DNA of 64,000 nt from Lepidodermella squamata (GCA_047495785.1 JBLDXI010000024.1:4774001-4838000); one strand, 5' to 3'. Counted from the first letter of the stretch, positions 1 to 10,736 are shown. A program made the numbers and translations. The notes: generated from the letters alone by a model not told the origin.

Positions 1-433
1 TTTAATCGCGTGTTAACTAGTTTTTGCGAACTTCGAACGAATTGACAGCAGCTAAGAAACAAATCGAAAAAATTCCAAATTGGCGTACACTTTTCTGCAA
101 CTTATTTCCAGTGGCAGACACTTTCGAGTTACGAAAAAAAATCGGAGGACTGATGGATTAAGGTGACACAAAAGTTTCATGATGACGGATTGACGACTCA
201 ATGTGAGCGAAACGTTTTTTTCCTTCAGCTTTTTCACTTGACGTATATTATTTGATGACAGTGGTGAAAATCGTGAAAAGGCGAGCACAGGCACCCAAAT
301 TAGCGCCGACTTCAAACCATGAGCCCCCAACTGCGTGCCCGGCAATTTAGCAGCGGCGCCTCGCTTTATTGCCACCCGCGCCTCGACTCTCTTGCGCCGG
401 CCATATTATTTCCTCCTGTTTCACAACACCGGA

Positions 434-2302
434 ATGCCAGTGTCAGCTATGATTACAAAGAATCGCGTGATTATCCTTGTAAGTCTGATATCTTTCCACA
501 ATGGCATCCATGGTCAAGTAATCAGAAGTTCTCTGAATGAACCTCCGACCCCGGACCGTCGTTGTGTTATACCGAGGGTTGGTAATGGCAACCTTCTCAT
601 GAGGACGCGTGATGCGGCTCCTTTAGTGGTGATACCAGGCGAGTCAGTTCAAGCCGGCCGTTATCTCGACCTACGATGTGACGGCAGTCGTACGCCATTC
701 GGTGCAGCCAGATCGCTGTGTCTCGTGAGTGGGAGATGGAGACCACCACTGGGTACTTGCAACCCGGGTGGCAGAATCGATGACGACTATGATGTTTCAA
801 ATCTGAAGAAGCCAGTGACTACCACGAAGACGACAGCAAAACCTATAACGACCACACAGAATAAAATAGGAAAGTCTACGCCAGATTATTACGACTATGC
901 AGACGATAGAGCACTTAAGACGTCATCTGCTCCTACCACAAAACGGCCGTTGACCATACGAACGACCTTGAAAACAACCACAGTAGTAGAATACTATTAC
1001 GAGGATGAGACAACTGTCAAAACGACCCGTGCGCCTATTCGAAGTTCAAATTTAAGCACGGTTTGTGTACCTATAGATCTAGTTATACCTACTATCTTGT
1101 CTAAGGTCAAAATGATAACTTACTAAGCATTTTTTAAGAATTCAGCCAAAACTTAGTTAGCAAGTTTCAGAAACTGGTATGAAATTATTGTTTTCCTCTC
1201 AACTTTTAAGACGGCGAAAAAACCGTCAACAGCAGCCTCGAACGATTATTACGACTATTACGATAGCGACAAGATCAAACCTACCCCTCGCCCGCTACCT
1301 AGACCTGACCGCGTAACCAACAACTCAGTAAAACTTTGCCTTCTACCTTTCGCGTCGCTAATAATAATCCTGCTTCTAGGTAAATTGGGATTTGGCACCA
1401 CCAAGCGAATGTGGAGAGGCAACGGTATCTAATGTGATGCCATGGCTAACTAGGCTAGAGGTTTTTTACGATTCTATTTCATCGACCCGTTGCACCGGGG
1501 TACTGATCGACTCCAACTGGGTCCTTACGTCATCTCGATGCTTAAACGATGCTTCTCGCATTCAAGGGTTAGAAATTTGATGTCAGTCTATTATGGCTTA
1601 TTTCTCGATATTACAGAATTTTAGTTCAACTTGGCCAAAATGACTTTACCAATGGAAATTCATTTGGCGGTCAACAGCGGATAAGTGATGAGTTCTTCAT
1701 TCACCCTGCAGCTAGATCAGCGAGAGGGCCTTTGGATGTGTCGAACGCTGTTGCCCTTCTCAGGCTTAAACTGCCAGTAACTGTTTCTTCAACCGTTCGA
1801 CCGATTTGCCTCCCTGATCCAGCAAGTGAGAGATACGCCACGGATTTTGCTGGAGCAAAAGGCAATGGCGACTGCTCGACCGTGGGAACTGCTGGTTGGC
1901 CATCATCCTCGCCACAACGACTCGTCCTTCGTGATTTGACCAGCAGTTTCGGCAACACTTGCCGGCCTAGTGATGCTGCGCCGCCGTCTTCGCCCGTTTT
2001 ATCTTGGCAATTGGCTGATGAACCTTGTGTTCCATTTGAATCTCAGAATCTCGATGTTGCAGCTTGCCGTAATGACTCAGGCGCGCCTTTGCTTTGCCGG
2101 GCGACCAACAGCCGCCGGGTTTATGTCATCGGTATTTCCGCTTACGGCCTGGATTGCGGTGTAAGCCAGGTTCCGAAATCTTACGCTGAGGTCAGTCATA
2201 GTAAGTACCTAAGGGCCTACCTCATAATTTTATTTGTGATTTCAGGTCGAAGGAATCGCTGCATGGCTTGCTTCATTGAAACGGCAGCTCAGCAAACCAT
2301 AG
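434..2302 (+). CDS. Secreted sushi/CCP + Thr-rich linker + inactive trypsin-like serine protease homolog
   Basis: Exons 434-1060, 1211-1312, 1380-1567, 1617-2190, 2246-2302 join in frame at GT-AG introns. Signal-like N-terminus; CCP (RRCVIP...LRC...CLVSGRW...GTC); protease motifs CTGVLIDSNWVLTSSRC, SNAVALLRL, CRNDSGAPLLC. Start could be ATG 449. Confidence 0.85.
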
Positions 2303-2411
2303 AATATGTGATTGCATGTGAACGTTAGAAAGAAAAAACATCCATGTTATGTTTTGCGTTTTTATCACCATAAAATGCTTAAGATACTTGAAGCGGGCTT
2401 CTTATCAGCAA

Positions 2412-2495
2412 GTCAGGATGGCCGAGCGGTCTAAGGCGCCAGACTCAAGATCTGGTCCTCGAAAGAGGGCGTGGGTTCGAACCCCACTTCTGACA
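2412..2495 (+). tRNA. trnL: tRNA-Leu(CAA), intronless
   Basis: GTCAGGATGGCCGAGCGG...CCAGA-CTCAAGA-TCTGG, long variable arm, GTTCGAACC, T-tract downstream. Confidence 0.93.
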
Positions 2496-2585
2496 CTATT
2501 TTTCGCATCCTTGGACTTATTTCCGATTCATATCGTCAGTATTATGGCTATTACTTGTCGAACGTTTACGCGAAAAAGTGCCAAC

Positions 2586-2657
2586 TGGAGGCATCGGGGA
2601 TTGAACCCGAGACCTTCACAATGCGAATGAGACGCTCTACCACTGAGCTATGCCCCC
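2586..2657 (-). tRNA. trnA: tRNA-Ala(CGC)
   Basis: GGGGGCATAGCTCAGTGG...TTCGCAT...TGCCTCCA; G3:U70 identity pair. Confidence 0.9.
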
Positions 2658-2755
2658 TAGGCTAGTGCAAGAAAAGGTTTGAATGGTAACAAATATTATG
2701 ATCGCAAGTTTCGAGCTGTTGAATTCCAGCTATATTTGTTTAAAAAAACTGATCA

Positions 2756-2827
2756 AGGTCCCATCGAGAATCGAACTCGAGTCGCTGGATTCAGAGTCCA
2801 GAGTGCTAACCGCTACACCATGGGACC
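2756..2827 (-). tRNA. trnQ: tRNA-Gln(CTG)
   Basis: GGTCCCATGGTGTAGCGG...CTGGA-CTCTGAA-TCCAG...GGGACCT. Confidence 0.93.
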
Positions 2828-2916
2828 TCTCGAACGCTGGTTTTGGGAAGGACAGCTTTATAATCTCGTCACTAGCAATGCGTTTGCTGCTTTCAAACGT
2901 GTGAGCTAAAAACGTG

Positions 2917-2988
2917 TGCGTCAGCCGGGAGTCGAACCCGGATCGGCTGCTTGGAAGGCAACCATGCTGACCGTTACACCACTGACGC
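2917..2988 (-). tRNA. trnG: tRNA-Gly(TCC)
   Basis: GCGTCAGTGGTGTAACGG...GTTGC-CTTCCAA-GCAGC...TGACGCA. Confidence 0.93.
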
Positions 2989-3047
2989 CTGATGAAAGCG
3001 AGGACTGTTCTGGAGACTAATTGCAGAACTGAATTTCAGTCGTTATA

Positions 3048-3547
3048 CAGGGTCTGGCAGAAGTTTGGAATAATGTTTTTTAAGGATAACTGACGAAATA
3101 AAGCAACAGTTACTTTGATATGGCAATAAACGGCTTGCCCATATCATGGCGAGTCTGCCGTGGATCGCACCCTTGAAAATAGGGCGTGGGAAATGTGTAA
3201 CCCTTCGGAACTCCCATCCTAATTTCGGCAGCAATATGGCCTAATTATTGGCAATCAAGGGAGCGTCTAAAAAGTAGATATTAAATTCAAAATCTTAACT
3301 ATAGATTATCCCTTGAAAGCTCATCTTCAAAGCATTTCGCTAATTCCAGGATTGCCAGACCCTTCGAATTGGAAATAAGGGCGGGGTTTGTGAGCTGTTT
3401 CATGAAGGTTTCCCCACCCATTTAAACCCCATAAGGTTCACGAATTCCGAATATCGAAATAAACGGCAAAAAGAATAATTTTTCCCTTATTTAATGCAAG
3501 TTAAAATACAGCCCATTAAAATTATTCCAAACTTCTGCCAGACCCTG
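3048..3547. mobile_element. Tc1/mariner-like MITE, 500 bp
   Basis: Perfect 27-bp TIR CAGGGTCTGGCAGAAGTTTGGAATAAT flanked by TA on both sides; no transposase. Confidence 0.88.
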
Positions 3548-3565
3548 TATTGCAAAAACAACTGT

Positions 3566-3647
3566 CGTCGCCAGTAGGATTTGAACCTACGCGCGGAGAC
3601 CGCATCTGATTTCTAGTCAGACCCCTTAACCACTCGGGCATAGCGAC
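3566..3647 (-). tRNA. trnS: tRNA-Ser(AGA)
   Basis: GTCGCTATGCCCGAGTGG...TCTGA-CTAGAAA-TCAGA, long variable arm. Confidence 0.92.
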
Positions 3648-3811
3648 TTGAGTGCTCATTCAGCAGTTTCAGGAACGATACACCCTGATTGACGTCGCTG
3701 GCTAGTTCAAGTTTGATATTGGCAACAGGTAATTAACCTACTTTGTGGCGACGCTCTACTGGCTTTGCAAAATGCCGTCTGCACGATATCAGCAATCTAT
3801 TCCACCATCTC

Positions 3812-3895
3812 GTCAGGATGGCCGAGCGGTCCAAGGCGCTGCGTTCAGGTCGCAGTCAGTTTCTACTGGCGTGGGTTCGAATCCCACTTCTGACA
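3812..3895 (+). tRNA. trnL: tRNA-Leu(CAG)
   Basis: CTGCG-TTCAGGT-CGCAG anticodon arm, long variable arm. Confidence 0.93.
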
Positions 3896-3970
3896 TGCAT
3901 TTTATGCTTTTTCCTCTGCTACGACGCAGTACGTATCACGATCCACGATTTGATGCTAAATCAACATCAT

Positions 3971-4043
3971 GGGGTTGTGGCGCAATGGACAACGCGTCTG
4001 ACTACGGATCAGAAGATTCCAGGTTCGACTCCTGGCAGCCTCG
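3971..4043 (+). tRNA. trnR: tRNA-Arg(ACG)
   Basis: TCTGA-CTACGGA-TCAGA; canonical D and T arms. Confidence 0.93.
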
Positions 4044-4133
4044 AATGTTTTTGCACACTCTCTGTCTCTGACTCGTGTCGCATGCCTGCTTTTGGCCTTT
4101 GAACCTGCCCCAGTCACCAGCTATGTCGGCTAA

Positions 4134-4206
4134 GCCCGGTTAGCTCAGTCGGTAGAGCATGGGACTCTTAATCCCAGGGTCGTGGGTTCGAGCCCCACAT
4201 CGGGCG
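4134..4206 (+). tRNA. trnK: tRNA-Lys(CTT)
   Basis: GCCCGGTTAGCTCAGTCGG...TGGGA-CTCTTAA-TCCCA. Confidence 0.93.
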
Positions 4207-4280
4207 GCAATCAACATTTTTGCACGTTGTATTACTGAATAAATTTGCTTGAAATCCACATGCCGCATGTAAAAAGCTGA

Positions 4281-4352
4281 CTCCTTGGCAGGGAATCGAA
4301 CCCTGGTCTCCCGCGTGACAGGCGGGGATACTAACCACTATACTACCAAGGA
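4281..4352 (-). tRNA. trnD: tRNA-Asp(GTC)
   Basis: TCCTTGGTAGTATAGTGG...CCCGC-CTGTCAC-GCGGG. Confidence 0.93.
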
Positions 4353-4453
4353 TTTTGGTGAAATGGAGTCTGTTGGCAGTGCTTTGGAATTTCAGCGCTC
4401 CATTGTTCGCCTGGTGCTGCTCATCTAAGCTTTCATGCAAAAACAGGGTCGCT

Positions 4454-4524
4454 TGCATCGGCCGGGAATCGAACCCGGGCCTCCCGCGTGGCAGGCGAGA
4501 ATTCTACCACTGAACCACCGATGC
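4454..4524 (-). tRNA. trnG: tRNA-Gly(GCC)
   Basis: GCATCGGTGGTTCAGTGG...CTCGC-CTGCCAC-GCGGG. Confidence 0.93.
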
Positions 4525-4610
4525 CGCTATGATAGCATTACTTGCCGAAGGCTATTTATTGCATGCACCTTTTGTAATGCCGCCGATTCGGCTATTATAT
4601 CAAAAAGCTT

Positions 4611-4682
4611 GGGCCCGTCCGGGATTTGAACCCGAGACCTCTCGCACCCAAAGCGAGAATCATACCCCTAGACCAACGGGCC
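4611..4682 (-). tRNA. trnP: tRNA-Pro(TGG)
   Basis: GGCCCGTTGGTCTAGGGG...CTCGC-TTTGGGT-GCGAG. Confidence 0.93.
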
Positions 4683-4759
4683 TGATGCAAGATGGCAAAG
4701 CTTCTTCGAGGCTCGAAAATAACCGATTTTGCGTGCTTACCAGCTGAAAAAGTCATCGA

Positions 4760-4845
4760 TCCCGCGAGGCGGACTTGAACCACCGACCTAAGGATAGCTG
4801 CGTTGCATCTACAGTCCTCCGCTCTACCAGCTGAGCTATCGCGGG
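4760..4845 (-). tRNA. trnY: tRNA-Tyr(GTA) with ~13-nt intron
   Basis: CCCGCGATAGCTCAG...GAGGACTGTAG[ATGCAACGCAGCT]ATCCTT...; intron at the canonical position after the anticodon. Confidence 0.92.
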
Positions 4846-5026
4846 TCGAGTGAGGGATGACGTTATGTTAATCTGGTGTATCACAAAAGCTTGTCGGCTG
4901 CAAAGACTGTAAAGTATAAAATCGCGTCCGCTACTCTAATGACTACACATCGAACTGGACCCAAGTACGCAGTCCTTGGCCAAACTTTGTTAAGCCTTAG
5001 CCTCCTGCTAGTTCTGCCTGCTGTGA

Positions 5027-5043
5027 GCTTCTGTGGCGCAATT

Positions 5044-5083
<40 letters not shown>

Positions 5084-5100
5084 GAGCCCACCCAGGAGCG
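5027..5100 (+). tRNA. trnN: tRNA-Asn(GTT)
   Basis: TTCGG-CTGTTAA-CCGAA; T-tract terminator at 5104. Confidence 0.93.
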
Positions 5101-5141
5101 CAATTTTTTAATCAAACGATAATAGCCTGCACCGAGCTAAC

Positions 5142-5176
5142 GAACCGTTGGTCTAGGGGTATGATTCTCGCTTCGG
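5142..5176 (+). pseudogene. 5' half of tRNA-Pro(CGG)
   Basis: CCGTTGGTCTAGGGGTATGATTCTCGCTTCGG matches the tRNA-Pro 5' half, then stops at the anticodon before an A-rich tract. Confidence 0.8.
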
Positions 5177-5443
5177 AAACAAAAAAAACCAAAAGGCAAA
5201 CTTTGAACTGCCGATAAATCTAATTAATATTTTGCGAATTGCTGCAACACTTTACTGTTGATTCAGCACATCCTCCCACTCTGAGTTGCAATACGATTTC
5301 AATTTAAGCAGTGACGGATTGATGGAAAAAGTCGCTTTACTCGATATGATATGACGTGCCGCTGCGTTCCACTAACGAGAATGGCGAAAAGCATCAACGA
5401 ACAGGCTCAACGTTTCCTGTTTTATTCATCTTTATTCTAAAAC

Positions 5444-6643
5444 ATGAGGTTTTTGGAATTCCTAATCTTTGCTATTATTCAGTTATTCACCGAGTGCAAA
5501 AACTTCGAAAGTTTTGCGTCAGAGCACAGGATGACGGTCGACTTGCTGACGAGATGTCCACAGTTTTCCCGCGAGTCCCCCAGTGCAAGCTGCTATGAAA
5601 GGGGAACGGCAGAGGAAATCGCGGAGGCAACAGAGTGTCGAGAAACGGAAGTTGACCTTCATTATTATCCCATTCGCTTAGTCGAAGTAAGTGATGTATG
5701 GGAGACAATCAAAGTTTCAGCAACTATCAGGCTCGTCTGGAGTTCTCCTTGTGCTAACGTGAGTAAGCAAGACCACGGAGCAGTTTTCTACCCCGAGGAA
5801 TCCCAGTTCTGGAATCCCAGCATACACCTTGACCATGGGATAGAAAACGCAGGGCTGCAAGGTTTTTCAACTCAGCTAACTGCTCTTATCCGCGAGGAAT
5901 CGGTGCAATTCTCGAAAACAATAACTGGGATGCTATTAACATCTTGCATATCAGACATGAGCCGTTTCCCTTTCGACAGCAGAAATTGCTTGATCGCTTT
6001 CCGGACTAGAAATTCTGAAGCACTTGAAGACTTCAAGAGGTCTTTTTTGGATAACAATTTCAAGGCTCAAAAGCGCAGCTGTTGGGTTGTTGAAGATATA
6101 GTATCAACGTTTGTTAAGCATAGGAAGGAAATGAATTCATATCCAGCATTCCTCTATAAAATACGTCGTGACCCTACATTCTACGTCCGGTTCCTCATGG
6201 CTCCTTGTGCTGTGCTGACCAGCTTTAATCTGATTTCTCTGGCAATGCATTCCTCCATGCCGCACCGGCCTGCATTTTCTATCGCGCTAGTTCTATCTCT
6301 GACTGTTTTACAGGTCGAAGTTAATGCCAGGACCCCGCAATCATCGCAGCCGATACTGCTATCGTCTTACATAAAATACTGCCAGCTGCTGTCCTGCATA
6401 ATAGGGCTATACGCTCTGGCATCTTTCAGCCTGGTGAAAACTTATAAGCAACGGTTTTTGGCGAATGTGCTTCACTTTCGCGGGCTAAAAATATCTTTGA
6501 ATCGCGCACTTGACATCATTGTTCTGTTAGCAAGTTCAACATGGTTCTCCTACGTTCACTTTTCTGTGTTTCATATGCATGACCTATTCGCTTTTTCGCA
6601 TATTCACCGGGCGAATTCTTCAACTATAAAAGCCGCGCTCTAA
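5444..6643 (+). CDS. Divergent intronless Cys-loop ligand-gated ion channel subunit
   Basis: Signal peptide, FWNPSI, Cys-loop CISDMSRFPFDSRNC, pre-M1 KIRRDP, four hydrophobic helices, very short M3-M4 loop, AATAAA just after the stop. Confidence 0.9.
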   Translation: MRFLEFLIFAIIQLFTECKNFESFASEHRMTVDLLTRCPQFSRESPSASCYERGTAEEIAEATECRETEVDLHYYPIRLVEVSDVWETIKVSATIRLVWSSPCANVSKQDHGAVFYPEESQFWNPSIHLDHGIENAGLQGFSTQLTALIREESVQFSKTITGMLLTSCISDMSRFPFDSRNCLIAFRTRNSEALEDFKRSFLDNNFKAQKRSCWVVEDIVSTFVKHRKEMNSYPAFLYKIRRDPTFYVRFLMAPCAVLTSFNLISLAMHSSMPHRPAFSIALVLSLTVLQVEVNARTPQSSQPILLSSYIKYCQLLSCIIGLYALASFSLVKTYKQRFLANVLHFRGLKISLNRALDIIVLLASSTWFSYVHFSVFHMHDLFAFSHIHRANSSTIKAAL

Positions 6644-7361
6644 ATAAACACCGCACCTGATTAATTGCCACAAAATCATATTTTCACCTGGCGAAATGAA
6701 GCCCAAACCCGAATAAATTGCGCGCGATCGTCATTTTGCCCAAATCTTGAGAACCTAAAACTTGATTGCTCATAATGAGTCCCTAGTAGATATGGAGCCA
6801 ATTTAAAGTCTTAATGCACTCTCACCGAAAAGACGGCTTACAGCGAAATGAAAAAAATGAATAAAGGCGCCTCAGCCTGAGGTGTTTAGTATGCGATTAT
6901 TATGACTAAACTGGGCAAATAAGACCGAACCTAATCCGCCGATTCTATAAATTAGACACCTCCATGATTAGACACTTTTTATCGGCGACAAAGCGCAAAG
7001 ACTTTTTTGCTCGGAGCCAGGGACCGGCATTCTATTGCGATTGTAATCCCTAGCTCGAGGGTCCCATTTCGCACTCATTTCATTAGAATTGAGTCCAATT
7101 CCTTCCAATGATTACAAGTTTTCTCTTTATTTTTCTCTTTATTTTATGTTTCTAATTCTAACAGCATTAATTTCGCTCTATGGATTCCCTCCGAAATTTT
7201 ACATTTCCTACTTCAAACGCTCCAGGCCTGATTCGTTAAATATTAAAATTGGGGCGTAGCCGAATATTTTTTGGTAAATAAAAAAAGTGAGGCGCCAATT
7301 TTTAATAAACTAGGATATTGCGATTCGCTCAGACACAATTTCCTGCATAAGAAGCATAAAC

Positions 7362-8561
7362 ATGAAATCTTATTTCTACTCAAAAATGGAAACGATGTTA
7401 TTGATAGCTACCTTTCAAGCCTTTTTCCTTCATTGTTTTGCTATCAGGACTCTGTCGACTCGTTCATACGCTCTTGTCTCGCGATGCACAGCATTTTCTC
7501 CAGAAGAATACGCTCCTGCTTGTGCTTCAAATAGCTCGACAGACGAAAGACCTTGCAGCCATAACAATATAGAGATTTATTTCCGCGCTGAGACATTTAT
7601 CGGCGTCGAGGAATTATCGCTGCCGTCATTCAAACTATATGGGTCACTTTATTTGAAATGGCAAGCATACTGTTCGAACATGCCTAAAATACTCCCCAAA
7701 ACTCAAATCGAGGAGTCATGGGTATGGAAGCCGAGAATCTTTCACAAAAATGCCGTCGATAACGTCGGCATGGTAGGCGCCATCTCCAGCTTCGAAATTT
7801 TCCCCCGCACCTCAATTTCAAATGCTGGATTTCTTTGGACCATATCTCATCTCTTTGTATCGAAGTGTCAAATGGACATGTCGCTGTTTCCTTTCGACCA
7901 ACACATTTGTGACGTTTCTATAGCGCTTATCAGCATGGGAAGTGGAACGCAACTGTATCCATTAATGATCAATACAAAGCAGCAGATTTCTTTAAACTTT
8001 GACAACTCGGAAAGACTTTGGCATCAATTCGCACCAGTAAAAGTAAAAAATACGACTAGTCATGTGCAATTCCGGTTCACGTTTGCTCGTCGCTACTGGT
8101 ATCATGTATGGTGCTATCTTATTCCTACTGGAGTTCTGACCGTGTTCGGCCTTGGTTCCCTTCTAATTCATCCCACACTAGCGGATCGACCTTCCTATTC
8201 TGTGACCATTCTTCTAGCGCTAACTTTCATGCAAATACAGATGGGCAACGAGCTGCCAAAGAAGCCTAATTCAACTCTGCTCGGTAATTATATCATGGCA
8301 TGCGAGCTGATATCAGGGCTCCTTACAATGTATAACCTTGCAAGTTGTGGATTAGCTAAAGCATATAAATCCCATTTCGCTTCACCATATCTTCAAGTTG
8401 GCGAATTCTCGATTACTTACGGTAGATTTTATGATTTTATTGCTTTCTGTATTTCTGCTCTGCTGATTTTGCTTGCTTGCATTTATGTCTTTATCGTTTC
8501 AAAAAGTGTTCTGTTTGAGTTGGAAGAAAATATTATGAATCATGATATAAATAATTATTAA
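7362..8561 (+). CDS. Divergent intronless Cys-loop ligand-gated ion channel subunit
   Basis: VWKPRI, Cys-loop CQMDMSLFPFDQHIC, FTFARR, M2 ADRPSYSVTILLALTF, four TM helices; start may be a downstream Met (METMLLI). Confidence 0.9.
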   Translation: MKSYFYSKMETMLLIATFQAFFLHCFAIRTLSTRSYALVSRCTAFSPEEYAPACASNSSTDERPCSHNNIEIYFRAETFIGVEELSLPSFKLYGSLYLKWQAYCSNMPKILPKTQIEESWVWKPRIFHKNAVDNVGMVGAISSFEIFPRTSISNAGFLWTISHLFVSKCQMDMSLFPFDQHICDVSIALISMGSGTQLYPLMINTKQQISLNFDNSERLWHQFAPVKVKNTTSHVQFRFTFARRYWYHVWCYLIPTGVLTVFGLGSLLIHPTLADRPSYSVTILLALTFMQIQMGNELPKKPNSTLLGNYIMACELISGLLTMYNLASCGLAKAYKSHFASPYLQVGEFSITYGRFYDFIAFCISALLILLACIYVFIVSKSVLFELEENIMNHDINNY

Positions 8562-8669
8562 TAGGTGAGATAATGAAGGTTATGTTTTTCGCAGAAAAGT
8601 TGAAATTTTTGGAAATTTCGGAGCTTGACGCATGAAGTACAGCGTAAACAAGATTCAAGATTTAGTCAT

Positions 8670-9272
8670 GGGGGTTATTTTCGAAGCTGCCTTTATGATA
8701 AAGTCAACTCTATCGATGAAGTCGGCTTTATCTCCTAAAGTCGACTTTAGCTGAAGATAGCTGATCTCAGCTGGTTTATATGATAGACATAGAGCTAGCT
8801 TTATCCACAACGTGATTTTCGAAGATAAAGCCGACTTAATTATTGAAAAATCGTCTTTATCCTGCATATAGGTATGTACTAGAGCCGATAAAGACGACCA
8901 TCCTCGTCTTTATCGCCTTAAAGTCGGCTTTATCGGCATATTTTTGTCCCCAGACGAGTGATTTGACCCTAAAAGCTCTTTTGTGCGACGACCTTTTTTA
9001 TGATTTGCCACAACAAAAAGGCTAGCAAAAAGTAGGTCATGGCTAATGATGAGCGATTTATGTTACCGTCATTCATTAATTTCTACTTTCTACGAAATAG
9101 CATGGCAAAAATGGCTTTACGCAATAAAGTCGACTTTAGCAAAAGACGACTTCGAAAATGCTCCGCCTTAAAGTTGACTAACAGTAATGTCGGCTTTATC
9201 GTCTGTAGATAAAGTCGACATTATGGGATAAAGTTAACTTTATCGATAAAGACGGCTTCGAAAATAACCCTC
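8670..9272. mobile_element. MITE-like element filled with palindromic GATAAAGTCGACTTTATC-type repeats
   Basis: Imperfect ~27-bp TIR GGGTTATTTTCGAAGC(T/C)G(C/T)CTTTAT; about 15 degenerate internal palindromes; no clear TSD. Confidence 0.75.
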
Positions 9273-9350
9273 AATGCTCAAAGCACTATTTCCGATTCAT
9301 ATCATCCGAATCATATTACTTCTCAACATTTACGCGAAAAAAGTGCCAAC

Positions 9351-9422
9351 TGGAGGCATCGGGGATTGAACCCGAGACCTTCACAATGCGAATGAGACGC
9401 TCTACCACTGAGCTATGCCCCC
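9351..9422 (-). tRNA. trnA: tRNA-Ala(CGC)
   Basis: Identical to the 2586-2657 copy. Confidence 0.9.
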
Positions 9423-9522
9423 TAGGCTAGTGAAAGAAAAGGTTAGAATGGTAACAAATATTATGATCGAAAGTTTCCATCAGTTGAGAGTGAGCTGAAA
9501 GTTTGTTTGAAAAAACTGATCA

Positions 9523-9594
9523 AGGTCCCATCGAGAATCGAACTCGAGTCGCTGGATTCAGAGTCCAAAGTGCTAACCGCTACACCATGGGACC
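9523..9594 (-). tRNA. trnQ: tRNA-Gln(CTG)
   Basis: As 2756-2827 with one C>T change at the top of the anticodon stem (U-G pair). Confidence 0.85.
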
Positions 9595-9683
9595 TCTCGA
9601 ACGCTGCTTTTGGGAAGGACAGCTTTATAATCTCGTCACTAGCAATGCGTTTGCTGCTCTCAAACGTGTGAGCTAAAAACGTG

Positions 9684-9753
9684 TGCGTCAGCCGGGAGTC
9701 GAACCCGGATCGGCTGCTTGGAAGGCAACCATGCTGACTGTTACACCAGACGC
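9684..9753 (-). pseudogene. tRNA-Gly(TCC) probable pseudogene
   Basis: 2-nt deletion in the acceptor stem (ccagacgc vs ccactgacgc) plus a D-loop G>A change. Confidence 0.75.
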
Positions 9754-10128
9754 CTGATGTATTGTCAAAATAAAATAGCAAAACTCTAGTCATTGTTTAG
9801 CAATTGATTCCTTTAAGTGCTTCGTGCTTCTAAATTGGATTCCGTATCTTTGGATTTTCATTCTTCAACACATTTTTGGAGGTGGATGCAGCTTGTGCCG
9901 GCTTGATGTGAGTATAAGCTGAATGTGAGCTGCTCTTCACGGTAATTATTCATCCCTGTGCTCCCACGCTTCGGACGGTACGGCAATGCTACAAAACAAC
10001 TAATGCTACTGTTGCTGTAGTGAGGAAACAAATACCTGCATGAAGTATGAAATACAATAGTATTAACATTAACGTATCATTACGGCGTGTTCTGTGGGAG
10101 TATCTGATTGCGGAACTATTGTTGTACA

Positions 10129-10212
10129 GTCAGGATGGCCGAGCGGTCCAAGGCGCTGCGTTCAGGTCGCAGTCAGTTTCTACTGGCGTGGGTTCGAATC
10201 CCACTTCTGACA
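10129..10212 (+). tRNA. trnL: tRNA-Leu(CAG)
   Basis: Identical to 3812-3895; T-tract follows. Confidence 0.93.
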
Positions 10213-10736
10213 CAATTTTTGCATTGCATTTTTTTTTATTTTTCATTTTCTTTCGGCTAGGCTAGGCTAGGCTTATTCTAGGAAAAAGTGTCTTGTTTTG
10301 CACTGAAATGCGGTTTTTGCTACAATTATAAATTATATTGAGCCTAACATCCGGCAGCTGCTCTCATAAACAATTATCTTATCTGAAATGGGTGCATGGG
10401 ACTAAACGCAAAAAATATTAACTGCAACCAGCCTTAAATGTACGCCATACCTGAAAAAGCAAGGAAGAACTGCATATATAGGAAGAGGGCGAACATGTTG
10501 TGCGCTTGTTAAATTGAAATTCTCGCGATGAGGCTAATCTGTGGTGGCCGAGCCGTAAGCGGCTTAGCGACGCGAGGGCGCTCATCAGTGTAACGGCGAT
10601 CTAAGCCCCGGTGCAGGTAAATACGCGCACGTGCGTAGCGCATTTTGCTGTTGTATCCCCATCTAATACTGCCATCCTCATCGACACGCCTGGCCTTCTC
10701 GATCGTTCTATTTTTGTGATTGAAGGACACTTCGCA

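Noticed and set aside
2349-4783. Short ORFs over the tRNA clusters (also 9461-10265, 16803-17552, 27467-27785)
   Set aside because: They are translations of tRNA genes and spacers; their repetition reflects cassette duplication
5444-8561. Both short pLGIC ORFs are exactly 399 aa
   Set aside because: Likely coincidence; the sequences are highly divergent and the second start codon is uncertain
8670-9272. CRISPR-like array of palindromic repeats
   Set aside because: Eukaryotic context, degenerate repeats, irregular short spacers, no cas genes; bounded by TIRs
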